In this document: in pieces, positions 52,409 through 64,000 of the stretch
How positions within the stretch are numbered: position 1 is the first letter of the stretch
How the letters are laid out: each line of letters starts with the position of its first letter
DNA from: Pseudomonas aeruginosa PAO1
GTDB lineage: Bacteria > Pseudomonadota > Gammaproteobacteria > Pseudomonadales > Pseudomonadaceae
Assembly (NCBI RefSeq): GCF_000006765.1
Contig: NC_002516.2
Strand: one strand, 5' to 3'
DNA length: 64,000 nt
Notes under the pieces: generated by a model
What the model saw: only the letters and a program-made list of their open reading frames with translations
What the model was told of the DNA's origin: nothing
Database searches by the model: none
Position numbers and translations under genes: made by a program

Positions 52409-52618
52409 TCAGGGGCGCATGAAAGCGTAGTCGCGCTGGTCGTCGAGATTCTCCGCAAGAAACTGCAGTTCGCTGGCCAGGTCGCCAGCATCGCGCTCCG
52501 CCCGGTTCAGTTCGACGATTGCGCTGAGCAACGCGCGCAGGCGCATTGCCCGGTCCGCCTCGTCGCTCTTCGACAGCAACTCTCGCAGGCCCTCTCGGGC
52601 CCATTCATGGACACCCAT
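52409..52618 (-). CDS. Small conserved hypothetical protein (PA4531)
   Basis: 69 aa, SD GAGGAG, typical codon usage, ends ..DYAFMRP. Confidence 0.75.
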   Translation of the reverse strand: MGVHEWAREGLRELLSKSDEADRAMRLRALLSAIVELNRAERDAGDLASELQFLAENLDDQRDYAFMRP

Positions 52619-52723
52619 GTTCCGCTCCTCACCTGGGAAAACGGCAGGATCGCGGCCGGCTTCGTCCGAAACACTGACGCAAGTCAGCCGCCGCCCGCCA
52701 TGAACCTGGCGAATGACTGGTCA

Positions 52724-53409
52724 TCAGGGCTTGCGCTCTTCGTCCTTCCAGGGCGCCTGCAGGTAGCGCGTGCGATTGAAGGTTTCCAGCCACTCCGGGT
52801 AGTAGACCACCAGGCCGGTGATCACCGTGCCGTTGATGAAGGCCTCGGGGAACATGATCAGCCACAGGTAACCGGCGAAGTCCTCCAGCCAGGGCGGCAT
52901 CGGGAAAAGGCCGTCGATCCAGACCACGCCAAGGCCGAGCAGCAGGACCACCACCGCGGTGAGGGCCGCCGGGAAGAAACCGCAGCAGAAGATGTAGACG
53001 AACAGGTTGCGCGGCTGGCGCTTTTCCACGAACAACGCCGCCAGCTCCGCGATCAGCGCGGGGATCGCCACCAGCAGCACGCCGTTGACGCCGATCGCCA
53101 GCCAATCCTGGCGGCCGAGCAGGCACAAGCCCAGTTGCGCCACCAGCCCCACCACGATCGCCAGCGGCCAGTCGAGCAGCAAGGTGACGGCGGTCATGCC
53201 GATGAAATGGAAGGACAGCCCCGATTCGAAGTCCCGGCGCACCAGCCAGAGCAGGAACAGCCCGAGCATGGTACCGAACACCAGGTGCTGGCGGCGGGTA
53301 TCGCTGACCAGCTCGACCCAGGGCGCGCGCCAGGCGGCGAGCAGCAGCACCGGCGCATAGATGGCCCAGCCCAGTTCCAGGCTTTCCGCCGACAGCAATT
53401 CGGCAGCGA

Positions 53410-53413
<4 letters not shown>
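52724..53413 (-). CDS. CbiM-like energy-coupling-factor S-component-type membrane protein (PA4532)
   Basis: GTG start, 229 aa, multi-TM; GLSFHFIG, PEAFING, PEWLETF. Confidence 0.75.
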
Positions 53414-55510
<2,097 letters not shown>

Positions 55511-55535
55511 CCGACATCGAAAACGGAGGCCTGCC

Positions 55536-55706
55536 ATGTCCAGCCGACTGAGCCCCGAAGACCAGCAGAAGGTCGAGCAGTACCTCGCCTCGCCGCTGCA
55601 CCAGGTCGAGCGTGCGCCGTTCCGCCCGTGGTTCCTGATGTTCGTCCTGCTCGCCGTGGTCATCGGCCTGGGCCTGCTCAGCCGCCTCCTCAGCTACCTG
55701 GCCTGA
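55536..55706 (+). CDS. DUF3094-family small membrane protein (PA4537)
   Basis: 56 aa, below the track cutoff: MSSRLSPEDQQKVEQYL..VERAPFRPW plus a TM; SD GGAGG. Confidence 0.8.
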   Translation: MSSRLSPEDQQKVEQYLASPLHQVERAPFRPWFLMFVLLAVVIGLGLLSRLLSYLA

Positions 55707-55769
55707 GTCGTCCGGTCGAGCCACGCTCCCGACGACCGCCTCACGGAATTCCCACTATGAGATATCCAC

Positions 55770-57077
55770 ATGTCCCATCGCATCGTGATCGTCGGCGGCG
55801 GCGCCGGCGGGCTGGAGCTCGCCACCCGTCTCGGCCGCACCCTGGGTAAACGCGGCAAGGCCCAGGTCACCCTGGTCGACGCCAACCTCACCCACATCTG
55901 GAAACCCCTGCTGCACGAAGTCGCTGCCGGCTCGCTCAACTCCTCCGAGGACGAGCTGAACTACGTCGCCCAGGCGAAGTGGAACCACTTCGAATTCCAG
56001 CTCGGCCGCATGCAGGGCCTGGATCGCGCCGGCAAGCGGGTCCGCCTGGCCGCACTGGTGGACGAGAATGGCGTTGAACTGGTTCCCGAGCGCGACATCG
56101 CCTACGACACCCTGGTGATCGCTGTCGGCAGCACCACCAACGACTTCGGCACCGAGGGCGCTGCGGAACATTGCATTTTCCTCGATACCCGCGCCCAGGC
56201 CGAACGCTTCCACCGACAACTACTCGGCCAGTACCTGCGTGCGCATACCGGGCACGACGCGAACAACAACGCAGTGAGTATCGCCATCATCGGCGCCGGC
56301 GCCACCGGCGTCGAACTGGCTGCGGAACTGCACCACGCCGCGCAGATGCTGGCCGCCTACGGGCTCGACCGGATCCGCCCGGAAGACCTGCACATCAGCC
56401 TGGTCGAAGCCGGCCCGCGGGTGCTGCCGGCGCTGCCCGAGCGTATCAGCCAGCCGGTACACCAGACCCTGAGCAAGCTCGGCGTACGGGTGATGACCGG
56501 CTCCGCGGTGAGCAAGGTAGATGCGGACGGCCTCTGGACCGGCGACGGCGAATTCGTCCCGGCGACGCTCAAGGTGTGGGCGGCGGGCATCCGGGCTCCG
56601 GCCTTCCTCAAGGAACTCGACGGCCTGGAAAGCAACCGTATCAACCAACTGGTGGTCCGCCCGACCCTGCAGACCACCCGCGACGACGACATCTTCGCCT
56701 TCGGCGACTGCGCCGCCTGTCCCCAGCCGGCGCAACCGGGAGAGCAACCGCGCAACGTGCCGCCACGCGCCCAGGCCGCGCACCAGCAGGCCTCGCTGCT
56801 GGTGAAATCGCTACGTGCCCGTCTCGAAGGCAAGCCGCTGGGCGAATATCACTACCGCGACTACGGTTCGCTGATCTCGCTGTCGCGCTTCAGCGCGGTC
56901 GGCAACCTGATGGGCAATCTGATGGGTAGCGTCATGCTCGAAGGCTGGCTGGCGCGGATGTTCTACGTATCGCTATACCGCATGCACCAGATGGCGTTGT
57001 ACGGTCCGCTGCGCACCGCGATGCTGATGCTTAGCGGCCGCCTGCGCAGCACCGAGCCACGCCTCAAGCTGCACTGA
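55770..57077 (+). CDS. ndh: Type II NADH dehydrogenase (PA4538)
   Basis: 435 aa; GGGAGG, GAGATGVE, WAAG, FAFGD, AQAAHQQ. Confidence 0.95.
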   Translation: MSHRIVIVGGGAGGLELATRLGRTLGKRGKAQVTLVDANLTHIWKPLLHEVAAGSLNSSEDELNYVAQAKWNHFEFQLGRMQGLDRAGKRVRLAALVDENGVELVPERDIAYDTLVIAVGSTTNDFGTEGAAEHCIFLDTRAQAERFHRQLLGQYLRAHTGHDANNNAVSIAIIGAGATGVELAAELHHAAQMLAAYGLDRIRPEDLHISLVEAGPRVLPALPERISQPVHQTLSKLGVRVMTGSAVSKVDADGLWTGDGEFVPATLKVWAAGIRAPAFLKELDGLESNRINQLVVRPTLQTTRDDDIFAFGDCAACPQPAQPGEQPRNVPPRAQAAHQQASLLVKSLRARLEGKPLGEYHYRDYGSLISLSRFSAVGNLMGNLMGSVMLEGWLARMFYVSLYRMHQMALYGPLRTAMLMLSGRLRSTEPRLKLH

Positions 57078-57116
57078 GCCATTACGCCCCGTTTGCCGTC
57101 GGCGCGGGGCGTTCCT

Positions 57117-58208
57117 TCAACAGCGAAGCTGGCGCAACTGCGCCAGCCGACTGGCGGTACGCTGCATGTCCGCAGGCAGGTCGCTGCCCTCGACCAGGTC
57201 CGGCAGCGCCTTTTCGGCACTCAGGAAAAAACGCCGGTCATTGTCGTAAAGGACGTCGACGAGATTGATGAAGCGCTGCTGGGCGGCGACCGAACAGCGC
57301 GCCATCGGCGGTACGCCCTCCAGCACCCAGGTAGAGAAGCGTTCGCCGAGGGCAAGGTAGTCCATCACCGCGGTTGGCGCCTCGCAAAGGTCGGCGAAGG
57401 CGAACCACACCAGGTCGCCGCACACCGCGCGCGCCTGCAACGTCCTCGCGCCGCTTTGCAGGGTCACGCGTTGCGAGGGCTCGGGCGCGGACAAGCCCAG
57501 CTCGTCCAGGCAAGCGCATGAGGCTGGCCAGCAATACCCGCCGCTGGCATAACCGGAAGCGATCTCCTGCCGCGGCGAAATCGTCCGGTAGTCCCGGGCG
57601 CCGGCTACTTCCAGCACTTCCATGCGCGTCTCGATCAACCGGATCGCCGGCAGGAAGCGTTCGTGGTAGAGCGGATTGGGCAGCAGTTGCCGCGGCGCGT
57701 AGTTGGAGGTGCAGACCAGGGTGATCTTCCTGCCGAACAGCTCCCTGAACAGGCGTGTTATCAGCATCGCGTCGCCAATGTCGTGGACATGGAATTCGTC
57801 GAAGCAAAGCAGCCGGCAATCTCCTAGCAGTTCATCGAGCGCACCGCCCAGGGCATCGGGCCGCCCCTGGCGGCGGAACATACCGTCATGAAGCCGGCGA
57901 AAGAACGCATGGAAATGCGTCCGGCGCAGGCCCTGCAAATCGGCGCTACGAAAGAAGCCATCCATCAGCCAGCTCTTGCCGCGCCCGACCGGCCCCCACA
58001 GGTAGAGGCTGCGCGGCGCTTGCCGGAATAGCGACGGACCTCGACGCAAGCGCTCCGCCAATCGATCGAGATGAAGAATGGCATTGCCTTGGGCTGCGTC
58101 CAGCACATAGCCGCGCCGTTGCGCCTCTTGGTGGAAATAGCGGGCTACGGGCGTTGTGGGCTTGGTGCCGGTCATGGGTGAACGCCACGAAAAAGAACCG
58201 AAAGACAC
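57117..58208 (-). CDS. AFG1/ZapE-family ATPase (PA4539); start uncertain (GTG 58208 or ATG 58175)
   Basis: Walker A YLWGPVGRGKSWLMD, HFHAFF, CFDEFHV, RFINLVDVLYD. Confidence 0.85.
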   Translation of the reverse strand: MSFGSFSWRSPMTGTKPTTPVARYFHQEAQRRGYVLDAAQGNAILHLDRLAERLRRGPSLFRQAPRSLYLWGPVGRGKSWLMDGFFRSADLQGLRRTHFHAFFRRLHDGMFRRQGRPDALGGALDELLGDCRLLCFDEFHVHDIGDAMLITRLFRELFGRKITLVCTSNYAPRQLLPNPLYHERFLPAIRLIETRMEVLEVAGARDYRTISPRQEIASGYASGGYCWPASCACLDELGLSAPEPSQRVTLQSGARTLQARAVCGDLVWFAFADLCEAPTAVMDYLALGERFSTWVLEGVPPMARCSVAAQQRFINLVDVLYDNDRRFFLSAEKALPDLVEGSDLPADMQRTASRLAQLRQLRC

Positions 58209-58630
58209 ACTCCGTTGATGCTCAGCCTGAGAGGGCCCTTAAACCGAGAACGGCATTCTAGCGCTGCGTCCTGCCCATGCTCCAGCCGCCAGACCGAACG
58301 GCGGGCGATAGTCGGACAGGCCCTTTGATCATGACCGCCACGGTCGCGATACGGAATCGCGCTCAGCCGCTACTTCCGCCCCACTGTTTCCGCCGCTTCC
58401 GCTGCCGAGCCCATTATCACCGGAGTTTTTTCCTACAGCAGTCCTCCCAGTCCCCTACGAAAACCAAGAAGTTCTACCGGCCAACGCCAGAAAACTACGA
58501 TTGTCGCCGTTTCAGCCTCGCCTCAGGCTATCGCCCACTCGATTCTCCGCCTTGAAACCGATCGTTCTGCACATGCCTGCGGATATCGGCTTCTTTTCCC
58601 TGCAAGAACCGCGCTCCGGGCCGATTGACC

Positions 58631-60394
58631 ATGCATCCAGCTTTTCCGCGTAACCAGGCTAGCCTTTCTTTCCCACCTCCGTCTCCAAAACCTTCCGGCA
58701 GTTCCACTCCGATCGTTCCATCCCTCAGGGCCGGACCGCTGCTCCGTACGGGCCTCATGGGAATGGCCATGTTGTCGTCCTGCCTTGCCAATGCCGCCCC
58801 GGATGCGGGGCAGGCGCTGCGTGACGTGGAAAGCCGACGCCTGAACCTGCCCGCGCCGGTGGAACTGGACGCCGAGCGCCCCAGCCCCGAGGACGGCGTA
58901 TCACGGGCTGCCGAAGAGGGCGGCCCGACGGTGCTGGTCAAGCGCTTCCAACTCAGCGGCAACAGGCAGTTCGACGATCGACGCCTGCTGGCGCTCCTGC
59001 ACGACCTGCCGGGCCAGGAACTCAATCTGAGCCAATTGCACGCCGCCGCCGCCCGCATCGGCGATTTCTATCAGGAAAAGGGATATGTGCTGGCGCGCGC
59101 CTTCCTCCCGGCACAGGAAATCCAGGATGGAACGGTACGCATCGAAGTGCTCGAGGGACGCTACGGCAGGATCGAACTGCACAACACGTCCCGAACGCTG
59201 GACCGCGTTCTACTCCGCCCCTTGAGCGCACTCGAACGAGATACCGCGGTCCAGGGCTCGGAGCTGGAGCGTGCGCTTCTGCTCCTGAGCGACATTCCCG
59301 GCCTCCAGGCCAAAGGCACCCTGCTGCCGGGCCAGGCGCAGGGAACCACGGACTTGCGCGTCGAGGCCCGCCCCGGCCCGCTGGTCGGCGGCAGGCTGGA
59401 GGCAGACAACTATGGCGGCCGCTACATGGGGGAATATCGCCTGGGAACCACCCTCGACTTCAACAGCCCGCTGCGACTGGGCGACCAGGCGAGACTGAGC
59501 CTGCTGGGCAGCGACCGGCACCAACGCTACTACCGTGCAGCCTATCAACTGCCCCTTGGTTCCCGAGGCACGCGCATCGGACTGGCCCACGCCGAGACGA
59601 CCTATCGACTGGTACGCGATTTCTCGCGCCTGGACGCCCATGGCCGGGCCATTACCGACAGTCTGTTCGTCAGCCAGCCCCTGCTGCGTAGCCGCAGCTT
59701 AAGCCTGTCCACCCAGTTGCAATATGAAAACAAGCGACTTCGCGATGACCAGGAGCGTACCGGGAGGCATAGCCGCAAGGAGATCCGCCTGTGGACCGCC
59801 AGCATCAGCGGAAACGCCCAGGACCGCTTGTTCGGCGGTGGACAGAGCGGCTTCTCGCTGGCCTATGCCCACGGCCAGCTCGCCATCGACTCCGGCGAAG
59901 AGCGGCTGCTGGACCGCTACACCATCGGTACCGCCGGCAGCTTCGACAAGATCATGCTCAACGCCGTACGCCTGCAGCACCTGGGCGACCGCCTGCAGTT
60001 GTTCGCCCAACTCAACGCCCAGTGGAGCGGCGGCAACCTCGACAGCGCGGAACAGTTCGACATGGGCGGCCCCTACGGCGTTCGGGCGTTCCCCCTGGGC
60101 AGCTACAAGGGCTACGGCGACGAAGGCTGGCAAGCCAGTGCGGAGCTGCGCTACAGCCTGGCTCCGGGCTGGCAGCTGAGTTCGTTCGTCGACCAGGGCG
60201 CGGTGAAATTCCTCAAGCACCCCAACACCACGGAAGGCAATCGCAACCGCATGGCCGCCGTCGGCAGCGGCGCAACCTGGTACGGAACGGATCACCAGGT
60301 CAGCCTGACCGCCGCCTGGCCCCTGAGCCAGGAAAACAACATCGAGCCCGAGCGCACTCCCCGGCTGTGGTTGCAAGCGACCCGCTACTTCTGA
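58631..60394 (+). CDS. lepB: TpsB/ShlB-family outer-membrane transporter LepB (PA4540); start uncertain (58625/58631/58757)
   Basis: Signal peptide ending CLANA, POTRA domains (Y..KGYVLARA..PAQEI..G.VRIEVLEG), VRAF motif, C-terminal F. Confidence 0.9.
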   Translation: MHPAFPRNQASLSFPPPSPKPSGSSTPIVPSLRAGPLLRTGLMGMAMLSSCLANAAPDAGQALRDVESRRLNLPAPVELDAERPSPEDGVSRAAEEGGPTVLVKRFQLSGNRQFDDRRLLALLHDLPGQELNLSQLHAAAARIGDFYQEKGYVLARAFLPAQEIQDGTVRIEVLEGRYGRIELHNTSRTLDRVLLRPLSALERDTAVQGSELERALLLLSDIPGLQAKGTLLPGQAQGTTDLRVEARPGPLVGGRLEADNYGGRYMGEYRLGTTLDFNSPLRLGDQARLSLLGSDRHQRYYRAAYQLPLGSRGTRIGLAHAETTYRLVRDFSRLDAHGRAITDSLFVSQPLLRSRSLSLSTQLQYENKRLRDDQERTGRHSRKEIRLWTASISGNAQDRLFGGGQSGFSLAYAHGQLAIDSGEERLLDRYTIGTAGSFDKIMLNAVRLQHLGDRLQLFAQLNAQWSGGNLDSAEQFDMGGPYGVRAFPLGSYKGYGDEGWQASAELRYSLAPGWQLSSFVDQGAVKFLKHPNTTEGNRNRMAAVGSGATWYGTDHQVSLTAAWPLSQENNIEPERTPRLWLQATRYF

Positions 60395-60442
60395 GCAAGC
60401 TCCCGCCCGCCATGCCGGCGGGCCCCACTGAAAGGAAAAGCC

Positions 60443-63400
60443 ATGAACAAGAGCTATACGCTGGTCTGGAACCAGGCCACAGGCTGTTGGAACGTCGCAA
60501 GCGAAGGTACCCGTCGGCGCAGCAAGAGCGGACGCGGCAAGGCGCTCGTAGTCGCCGGAGCGTCACTGCTCGGCCTGTTCTGCCAGGCCCCCGCCTTCGC
60601 CCTGCCCAGCGGCGCCACGGTCGTTTCAGGCGATGCCGGATTCCAGACATCCACCGATGGCCGGCATATGGTCATCGACCAGCAGAGCCACAAGCTGATC
60701 ACCAATTGGAACGAGTTCAGCGTCCGTGCCGATGAGCGGGTCAGCTTCCACCAGCCGGGCCAGGACGCCGTCGCCCTGAACCGGGTGATCGGCCGCAACG
60801 GCAGCGATATCCAGGGGCGGATAGATGCCAACGGCAAGGTCTTCCTGGTCAATCCCAACGGCGTGGTCTTCGGCAAGTCCGCCCAGGTCAACGTAGGCGG
60901 CCTGGTGGCTTCCACCCTGGACCTGGCCGACAGGGACTTCCTCGCCGGCAACTACCAGTTCTCCGGCGACTCCGGCGCAACCGTAAGCAATGCCGGCAGC
61001 CTGCAAGCCAGCGAAGGCGGCAGCATCGCCCTGCTGGGCGCCCGGGTCAGCAACGACGGCTTGATCCAGGCGCAACTCGGCGACGTGGCCCTGGGCGCAG
61101 GCCAGGGCATCAACCTCAATTTCGACGGCGACGGCCTGCTCAACCTGCAGGTGGACAAGGGCTCGGTCGACGCTCTCGCACACAACGGCGGCCTCATCCG
61201 CGCCGATGGCGGCCAGGTGCTGATGAGCGCCCGCAGCGCCGACAGCCTGCTCAAGACCGTCGTCAACAACCAGGGCACTCTCGAGGCCAGGACGCTACGC
61301 AGCGCGGAAGGACGCATCGTCCTCGACGGCGGCGAACAGGGTACCGTGCGGGTGGCCGGCAAGCAGGACGCCAGCGCCATCGGCGGAGGCAATGGCGGCC
61401 TGGTGCTGAACCAGGGCGCGAACGTCGAGATACAGCGAACCGCGCAGGTGGACACCCATGCCGACCAGGGCGCAACCGGCACCTGGAGGATTCTCTCGCA
61501 CGAGGTCAGCGTAGCCGCTGTCGGCCAGGCAAACGCTGCCGGTGATGGTTCCGGCCAGGTCCATGTAGCGCAGGGCCCAGCCGGGGCCAATGCGTCCGAT
61601 AGCAACGGCGTGACCATCGTTCAGCAGCAGCCGGCCGTCGACCTCGCCGCCGGCGCCAACGGTACCTCCGCAGTGCAGAGCCAGAGCGGCGCCAACATCG
61701 GCTCGGGCGCCAATGGCATCAGCGTCGTGCAAAGCCAGAACAGCCCCAATATCGGCTCGGGCGCCAATGGCATCAGCGTCGTGCAAAGCCAGAATGGCGC
61801 CAATATCGGCGCCGGCGCGAGTGGCATCAGCGTCGTGCAGAGCCAGAACAGCCCCAACATCGGCTCGGGCGTCAATGGCGTGACTGTCGTGCAGAGCCAG
61901 AACGGTGCCAATATCGGTTCGGGCGCAAGTGGCATCACCGTTGTGCAAAGCCAGAATGGCGCAAATATCGGTTCAGGCGCGAGTGGCATCAGCGTCGTGC
62001 AGAGCCAGAGCGGCCCCAGCATCGGCTCGGGCGTCAATGGCGTCACAATCGTGCAGAGCCAGAGCGGTGCCAACATCGGCCCCGGCGTCAGCGGAATCGA
62101 TGTCGTCCAGACCCAGACTCTCCCCAACCTGAGCCCAGGCGCCAATGGCTCCAGCATCGTCCAGGTCCAGACGCTACCCGATATCGCCGCCGACGCCGGC
62201 AATGTGCATGTCGTGCAGGTCCAGACCGGCGGTAACAAGGTCTTCGGCAACTCCGCCACCAACGTCAGGTCACGTACCGTTCAGGCCCGGAGCAACGAGA
62301 ATGTCGGTTCCGGCCTGGCGAATCCAAGCAGCGCGGGAAAAGGCTCGACGTTGCATGCCGATACCCTGGCCCGCAACCTTTCCACAAGCAACGTCGAAGT
62401 GGTCGCCACCCGGGGCAACGCGCATGTCGGCGCGCCGCTGTCCTGGGACAGCGGCAACGGCCTGACGCTAACCGCCGAGCGCGGGGACCTCAGGATCAAT
62501 GGCGCGCTGACGGCCCAGGGGGAAAACGCCAGCCTTACTCTCAATGCCGGGCAGCGCCCTCTCCGTATCGACGACAGCCTCTCTCTCACTGGCCAGGGAG
62601 CCCGGGTCGAATTCAATTCGGACAAGGGTTATGCCCTGGCCGAAGGCACCCGGATCACCCTGTCCGGCAAGAACGCAGGATTCCGCGCCAATGGGCGGGA
62701 CTACAGCGTGATCCAGGACCTGCAGCAGTTGCGCGGCATCGATAGGGACCTGGGCGGCAGCTATGTCCTCGGCAATCGAATCGCAGGCGGCAACTCCAGC
62801 TTCCTGTCGATAGGCAACGCGAGCGCCTTCGGCGGTACCTTCGACGGCCTGGGCAACACCATCGATAATCTCGCCGTCTACGGCACCGGCGCCTACTCCG
62901 GCCTGTTCAGCGTCAACCGGGGCACCCTCCGCAACCTGAACCTGGAACGCATTTCCGCCGATGGAGCACAGGCCACCCACTACAATGTCCAGGTCGGTAG
63001 CCTGGCCGCCGTCAACCTCGGTCGCATCGACAATGTGAACGCCAGCGACATCCGTATCGCCGCGGCCTCGAAGCTGAACAGCCTCGGCGGGCTGGTCGCA
63101 CTGAACCTGGGTAGTATCGACAACGCCAGCGCCAGCGGCACGCTGGTCGGCAACCGCCACACCTATGCTCTGGGCGGACTCGCAGCCGAAAACATCAGCA
63201 CAGCCAGGGGCGTGGCCAGCATCTCCAACAGCCGGGCCGATTTTGCCATCTCCGGCCAGTTGAAGGACCATGCCAGCCACTACGGCGCGGGGGGCCTGGT
63301 AGGCAGGAACCGCGGCGGCCTCATCCGCAGCAGCGGCAGTCAGGGAACGCTGTCGCTGAGCGGTCACGGAATGAACCTGGGAGGACTGGTCGGATACAGT

Positions 63401-64000
63401 TCCGCCGGCGGACTGGCGGACGTTTCCGCCTCCGTCGACGTCTCAGGCAACGGACAGCGCGGCCTGTACGGTGGGCTCATCGGCCTCAACGTAAACAGTG
63501 GTATTGCCCACGCCACGGCCAGCGGCAAGGTCCGGGGCACAGACGCGGAAGCACTGGGCGGGCTGATCGGCCGGAACCTGAACGCGGCCATCAACAACGC
63601 CAGCGCCCATGGCGATGTCAGCCTGCAAGCCGGTCGCTACCTGGGAGGCCTGATCGGCCACAACCAGGCAGGCAACCTGGCCAACGTCAGTACCAGCGGC
63701 AACCTGAGTGGTGGGTCGCTGCTCCAGGCCGGCGGCCTGATCGGTCTCAACGCCAATGCCTCGCTGGTCAATGCCTCCGCCAAGGGCAATGTCGCTACCC
63801 GCGGAGCAGAAGCGGTTGGCGGTCTGCTCGGAGAAAACCTGTACGGCTCCGTCATCAACGGTTCCGCCAGTGGCGAAGTCACCGACGGCAGCGGCAAAAC
63901 CCTGGGTGGCCTGATAGGGTCCAACCTCGGCGGCAATCATTCCAACCTGAAGGCCTCCGGGTGGGTAAACGCAGGGGCGAACAGTGACGTGGGAGGGCTG
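60443..64000 (+). CDS. lepA: TpsA large exoprotein LepA (PA4541), first 1186 codons; continues past the right edge
   Basis: ATG 60443 after AAAGGAA. ESPR extended signal (MNKSYTLVWNQ..W.VASE), TPS domain with NPNG, 18-aa repeats, GLUG repeats. Confidence 0.92.
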   Translation, partial: MNKSYTLVWNQATGCWNVASEGTRRRSKSGRGKALVVAGASLLGLFCQAPAFALPSGATVVSGDAGFQTSTDGRHMVIDQQSHKLITNWNEFSVRADERVSFHQPGQDAVALNRVIGRNGSDIQGRIDANGKVFLVNPNGVVFGKSAQVNVGGLVASTLDLADRDFLAGNYQFSGDSGATVSNAGSLQASEGGSIALLGARVSNDGLIQAQLGDVALGAGQGINLNFDGDGLLNLQVDKGSVDALAHNGGLIRADGGQVLMSARSADSLLKTVVNNQGTLEARTLRSAEGRIVLDGGEQGTVRVAGKQDASAIGGGNGGLVLNQGANVEIQRTAQVDTHADQGATGTWRILSHEVSVAAVGQANAAGDGSGQVHVAQGPAGANASDSNGVTIVQQQPAVDLAAGANGTSAVQSQSGANIGSGANGISVVQSQNSPNIGSGANGISVVQSQNGANIGAGASGISVVQSQNSPNIGSGVNGVTVVQSQNGANIGSGASGITVVQSQNGANIGSGASGISVVQSQSGPSIGSGVNGVTIVQSQSGANIGPGVSGIDVVQTQTLPNLSPGANGSSIVQVQTLPDIAADAGNVHVVQVQTGGNKVFGNSATNVRSRTVQARSNENVGSGLANPSSAGKGSTLHADTLARNLSTSNVEVVATRGNAHVGAPLSWDSGNGLTLTAERGDLRINGALTAQGENASLTLNAGQRPLRIDDSLSLTGQGARVEFNSDKGYALAEGTRITLSGKNAGFRANGRDYSVIQDLQQLRGIDRDLGGSYVLGNRIAGGNSSFLSIGNASAFGGTFDGLGNTIDNLAVYGTGAYSGLFSVNRGTLRNLNLERISADGAQATHYNVQVGSLAAVNLGRIDNVNASDIRIAAASKLNSLGGLVALNLGSIDNASASGTLVGNRHTYALGGLAAENISTARGVASISNSRADFAISGQLKDHASHYGAGGLVGRNRGGLIRSSGSQGTLSLSGHGMNLGGLVGYSSAGGLADVSASVDVSGNGQRGLYGGLIGLNVNSGIAHATASGKVRGTDAEALGGLIGRNLNAAINNASAHGDVSLQAGRYLGGLIGHNQAGNLANVSTSGNLSGGSLLQAGGLIGLNANASLVNASAKGNVATRGAEAVGGLLGENLYGSVINGSASGEVTDGSGKTLGGLIGSNLGGNHSNLKASGWVNAGANSDVGGL
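61673..62104 (+). repeat. Eight tandem 54-bp (18-aa) repeats, consensus VQSQNGANIGSGANGISV, plus degenerate flanking copies
   Basis: Units begin at 61673+54n, in frame within lepA. Confidence 0.92.
63085..64000 (+). repeat. GLUG-like (GGL[IV]GxN) repeats in LepA
   Basis: About nine copies, e.g. LGGLVALN, AGGLVGRN, YGGLIGLN, LGGLIGRN, LGGLIGHN, VGGLLGEN, LGGLIGSN. Confidence 0.8.

Noticed and set aside
58370-58405. Three TTCCGC words upstream of lepB
   Set aside because: Short, irregularly spaced, and expected by chance in GC-rich DNA.
61673-62104. lepA repeats as a CRISPR array or DGR template/variable repeats
   Set aside because: Contiguous in-frame coding repeats with no unique spacers; no cas or reverse transcriptase gene nearby.

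Overview
Pseudomonas aeruginosa core chromosome. Gene order, the group II pilin and the frameshifted pilC match the PA4489-PA4541 interval of a PAO1-type genome; locus tags are recalled, not looked up. In order: mag alpha-2-macroglobulin operon (magD truncated by the left edge), roxSR, a SIMPL protein, the dipeptide cluster (dppA1-A4, mdpA, psdR, opdP, dppBCDF), LysE/Lrp pair, 5-oxoprolinase pxpABC, lpxO1, the piu iron-uptake locus, a CptA-type pEtN transferase, speC, an MCP, ampDE, a DUF1631 gene, nadC, tRNA-Thr(CGT), pilA/pilBCD-coaE-yacG, small housekeeping genes, ndh, a ZapE-like ATPase and the lepBA two-partner secretion pair (lepA truncated by the right edge). No integrase, transposase, prophage or CRISPR array is visible. 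Most notable: (1) a sharply bounded ~290-bp, ~50% GC, in-frame tract inside dppB that looks imported or recoded; (2) a tandem palindromic operator (AATTTAAG-N5-CTTAAATT) at the same promoter position upstream of mdpA and dppA3, the likely PsdR site; (3) an Arg-rich 40-codon uORF in the long speC leader, reminiscent of speFL; (4) a 4-bp duplication frameshifting pilC; (5) a 97-bp identical tract shared by dppA1 and dppA3; (6) 54-bp tandem repeats in lepA.
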